DNA of 64,000 nucleotides from Vulcanimicrobiales bacterium (GTDB lineage Bacteria; Vulcanimicrobiota; Vulcanimicrobiia; Vulcanimicrobiales; Vulcanimicrobiaceae): NCBI GenBank assembly GCA_038231455.1, contig JBBRLI010000012.1, positions 1 to 64,000 of the forward strand, read 5' to 3'. Shown piece by piece: positions 60,889 to 64,000 of this stretch (position 1 is its first letter; each line of letters starts with the position of its first letter). The notes under the pieces were generated by a model. It saw only the letters and a program-made list of their open reading frames with translations, ran no database searches and was not told where the DNA came from. The position numbers and the translations under genes were made by a program.

Positions 60889-61695
60889 ATGCCCAAGACG
60901 ATTTTGCTGATCCCCGGCTGGCACGAGAAGGCGCACGATCTGCGCACGATCACGCATGGCCGGCCGCCGCTTCCAGGTCTGGCCGCGCGCGGGTACGATC
61001 CCAAAACGTTTGAGTTGCTCCCCGATGAGTCGTTGCCCGAGCGGATCGATCGCTTTGCGGATTATGTCCGCGCGCTCAAAGTCGCGGAGCCGACGCGCTT
61101 TCCGCTCTCCATCTTTGGCTATTCAATGGGCGGGATCGTCGCGCGCGGACTCTTGCATCGGCATCCCGAGCTCGTCCCGGACATCTCGCACGTTGCGCTG
61201 CTGGCGACGCCGAACTGGGGCCTGCCGATGGCCGACGTACCGGCACTCGCCCGCGTCGTGGGCTTACCGTGGAAAGAGCTGTACGACATCGATCCGCAGC
61301 GCGAATTCATCCCTACGCTCAACGGTTGCCACGGGGATTGGAACGATATCGACGGCACCCGCGTGTGGCTGCCGGATCAAGAGCCGTGGATCGCTCCGGC
61401 CGGCGTCAAAATGCTGGCAATTGCGGGTATCGTGCCGCGTTTTCAAGACGGTGATGGGCTCGTGACGACAGACTCCGCGACGATGGGCGGACGCATTCCG
61501 TCGGTTATCATCACGGATCGTCACGCAAATCATCTCAACGTTACCGGTGAAACCGATTCGATCGCAACGCTCGTGCGCGGCTTTCAGCGCTCCGACGGCG
61601 TCTGGCCGCAGGTACTCGACGCGTTTTGCGAATTCATCGAAACCGAAGAACAATCGCCCGTTCGCGAGGAAACGCTGACGCGTCTGGCCGGATAG
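60889..61695 (+). CDS. Alpha/beta hydrolase (lipase/PGAP1-like)
   Basis: GYSMG nucleophile elbow, LATPNWG, DGLV, H near C-terminus. Confidence 0.85.
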   Translation: MPKTILLIPGWHEKAHDLRTITHGRPPLPGLAARGYDPKTFELLPDESLPERIDRFADYVRALKVAEPTRFPLSIFGYSMGGIVARGLLHRHPELVPDISHVALLATPNWGLPMADVPALARVVGLPWKELYDIDPQREFIPTLNGCHGDWNDIDGTRVWLPDQEPWIAPAGVKMLAIAGIVPRFQDGDGLVTTDSATMGGRIPSVIITDRHANHLNVTGETDSIATLVRGFQRSDGVWPQVLDAFCEFIETEEQSPVREETLTRLAG

Positions 61696-61701
61696 ACGCG
61701 C

Positions 61702-62946
61702 ATGCGTTTTTCCCTCGGCGTCAACTACTGGCCTAGCGGCAGCGCGATGGCCATGTGGCAGCGCTTCGATGCGGGCGAGATTCGCGAAGATTTCGCTCGT
61801 GTCGCCGGACTCGGCCTCGATACGGTCCGGTTCTTCCTGCGCTGGGATGATTTTCAGCCGGCCATCGATACGATGGACGCGACGATGCTCGATCGGCTCG
61901 AGAGCGTCGTTGCAATCGCACACGACGCCGGTCTGCACGTGATGCCGACGCTTTTCTGCGGCCATATGAGCGGCGTCAACTGGCTTCCCGCATGGACGCT
62001 CGATCGTACGACGCCGCACGGTCGCTTTCGTACGATCACGCGCGACGGAGAATCGCCGTATGGTATCGGTGACTTCTACACCGGGGCGCTGCTCGAAGCG
62101 CAAGTGCTTTTTGCGCGTACCGTCGGCGAGCGTTTGCGCGCGCATCCCGCAATCGTTGCGTGGGATCTCGGCAATGAGTTTAGCAACTTGCGTGAACCCG
62201 CATCGGAGTTCGCTGCGGCGGAGTGGAGCCGGCGGCTCACCGCGGCGCTGCGCGAGACATCAGCGCTCCCCGTCACGGCGGGCACGCACGGCGAGGATCT
62301 CACGCGCGACCGCAATATCCGCTTTGCCTCGCTCTGTGCGCCGTATGCATTCGCGACGATGCATGGCTACAGCGTCTATAGTTCGTTTGCACGCAACCGA
62401 CTCGATCCCGAAGTGGTACCGTTTCTCTCGCTGCTCGCGCAGTCGTTCTCTTTTAAGCCGCTTCTCTTTACCGAATTTGGCAATCCGACGTGTCCGCCGA
62501 ACCGGCTCTCGCCCTTCGAACGCGTCGCACTGCCCGACGAACCCCCGACGCCGACCATCTCACCCGACGATCCGCTCTTTGCCACGTACGCATGCCTGAC
62601 CGAGACGGAGAATGCGGCATACTGCACGAGCGTGCTCGATCGCCTTCACGCGGATGGCCGACTCGGCGCGTATTACTGGTGTTGGGCCGATTACGATACC
62701 GCCTTGCACACCGACCCGCCGTTCGATCGCGCAACACATGAAACGTCGTTCGGCATCATTCGCAGCGACGGCTCGGAGAAGCCCGTCGCTGCGGCGCTTG
62801 CGGCATTCGCGCGCGAAGAACGCGAAGTCGTTCCCGCTCGCGACATGGCCATGATCTCAGCGACGTACTACTATCGCACGCTGCCCACGAGCACCAAGAC
62901 GCTCTACGATGCGTTCCTCGGCTCAAACGAGGAGCGTCGTTCCTAG
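61702..62946 (+). CDS. Glycoside hydrolase, clan GH-A (GH5 mannanase-like)
   Basis: GVNYWP, VRFFLRW, WDLGNE (acid/base), HGY, FTEFG (nucleophile). Confidence 0.85.
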   Translation: MRFSLGVNYWPSGSAMAMWQRFDAGEIREDFARVAGLGLDTVRFFLRWDDFQPAIDTMDATMLDRLESVVAIAHDAGLHVMPTLFCGHMSGVNWLPAWTLDRTTPHGRFRTITRDGESPYGIGDFYTGALLEAQVLFARTVGERLRAHPAIVAWDLGNEFSNLREPASEFAAAEWSRRLTAALRETSALPVTAGTHGEDLTRDRNIRFASLCAPYAFATMHGYSVYSSFARNRLDPEVVPFLSLLAQSFSFKPLLFTEFGNPTCPPNRLSPFERVALPDEPPTPTISPDDPLFATYACLTETENAAYCTSVLDRLHADGRLGAYYWCWADYDTALHTDPPFDRATHETSFGIIRSDGSEKPVAAALAAFAREEREVVPARDMAMISATYYYRTLPTSTKTLYDAFLGSNEERRS

Positions 62947-64000
62947 GTCAGCGGAAACCCGCGATCGCGCATGAGCGCTTCGGCGTTCACGTCGCGGCCG
63001 CGGAAACGGTGGAACGCCTCTTCGGCGGTGATCGTGTTGCCGACGCTCATAATCGAATCGTGGAGTCGTTTTGCGACGGCCTTATCCCACGGACCGCCCG
63101 CCTCGGTGAACGCTTCGTATGCATCGGCCGTTAGCGTGTCGGCCCAGATGTAATCGTAGTAGCCTGCCGCGTAGCCTTCGCCCGCGAAGATGTGCCCAAA
63201 CTGCGTTGGACGATGACGCATGACGATTTCGCTCGGCATGCCGAGTTCCGCCAGCGCCGATTTCTCGAACGCGGCGGGGTCGATCGCCTGCCCCGTCGAT
63301 GCGAGGTGAATCTTCATATCGTAGAGCGCGGAACCCAAGTACTCGACCGTGCCGAATCCCTGATTGAACGTGCGTGCCTTCGCAATTTTGGCGATCAATT
63401 CGGGCGGCATCGGTTTGCCGGTCTCGTGATGGAGTGCGAACCGGTCGAGCACTTCACGCGTCGGCAGCCAGCGTTCGTTGAGTTGGCTTGGGAACTCGAC
63501 GAAGTCGCGCGCGACCGCGGTCCCCGCGAGCGTCGGATACGTGACACTCGAATTGAGCCCGTGCAGCGCATGTCCGAATTCGTGGAACATCGTGACCGCA
63601 TCGCCCCACGAGATGAGCACGGGTTGTCCGCTCGAAGCTTTGATGAAGTTCGAGTTGTTCGAGACGATCGGGGCAATCGTGCCGTCGGCGCGCTGTTGCG
63701 TTCGGTACTCCGACATCCACGCCCCAGAATTCTTGCCTTCGCGCGCATACGGATCGAAATACCAAAGGCCGACGTGCTCGCCACTGCGGCGTACGTCGTA
63801 GACCGTCATATCCGACTGATACACCGGGACGTCCGTGACCGGAACGAACTCGAATCCATACAGCTGGCCCGCCGTCCAGAACATCCCCTTGCGGACGTTA
63901 TCGAGCGCGAGATATTGCTTGACCTCGTTTTGATCGAGGTCGTATTTTGCTTTGCGGACTTTTTCAGCATAGAAGCGATAGTCCCACGGCTCGATCTTGA
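62943..64000 (-). CDS. M3 family metallopeptidase (Dcp-like), 5' end outside window
   Basis: KNSGAWM, FHEFGHALH, DFVEFPSQ, GYAAGYYDYIW, FRGRD. Confidence 0.93.
   Translation of the reverse strand, partial: KIEPWDYRFYAEKVRKAKYDLDQNEVKQYLALDNVRKGMFWTAGQLYGFEFVPVTDVPVYQSDMTVYDVRRSGEHVGLWYFDPYAREGKNSGAWMSEYRTQQRADGTIAPIVSNNSNFIKASSGQPVLISWGDAVTMFHEFGHALHGLNSSVTYPTLAGTAVARDFVEFPSQLNERWLPTREVLDRFALHHETGKPMPPELIAKIAKARTFNQGFGTVEYLGSALYDMKIHLASTGQAIDPAAFEKSALAELGMPSEIVMRHRPTQFGHIFAGEGYAAGYYDYIWADTLTADAYEAFTEAGGPWDKAVAKRLHDSIMSVGNTITAEEAFHRFRGRDVNAEALMRDRGFPLT

Overview
GC-rich bacterial chromosome segment. The lipoprotein beta-propellers, TonB receptor and Firmicute-like rplI-lonC-dnaB order suggest Eremiobacterota/Vulcanimicrobiota, but this is inference only. 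It carries a Met/His-repeat secreted peptide, redoxin and CZB genes, two molybdoenzyme pairs (IorAB-like, SoxCD-like) and a TonB receptor. A complete IS3-family element (IRs, GATC target duplication, A7 frameshift) sits inside a BON-domain gene and is fused in frame to it. Then come dnaB with a LAGLIDADG intein, lonC-rplI-rpsR, and a tandemly duplicated cassette [structured leader + DUF4382-like lipoprotein + TPR/LuxR-HTH protein] coupled to a PAS-GGDEF-EAL gene. The rest holds a pim-like beta-oxidation/ABC cluster, DUF1537 kinase-pdxA-P450, M13 and M3 peptidases, glnA and a GH5. No rRNA, tRNA or CRISPR array was seen. Best novelty candidates: (1) an unrecognised covarying, pseudoknotted leader RNA motif (three copies) in front of the duplicated cassette; (2) a ~150-bp branched palindrome between glnA and a Vgb-like gene, centred in a strand-specific C-to-T footprint; (3) the transposase-BON read-through fusion; (4) the dnaB intein placed two residues upstream of the classic site. 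All structures and counts were read by eye, without folding or database searches.
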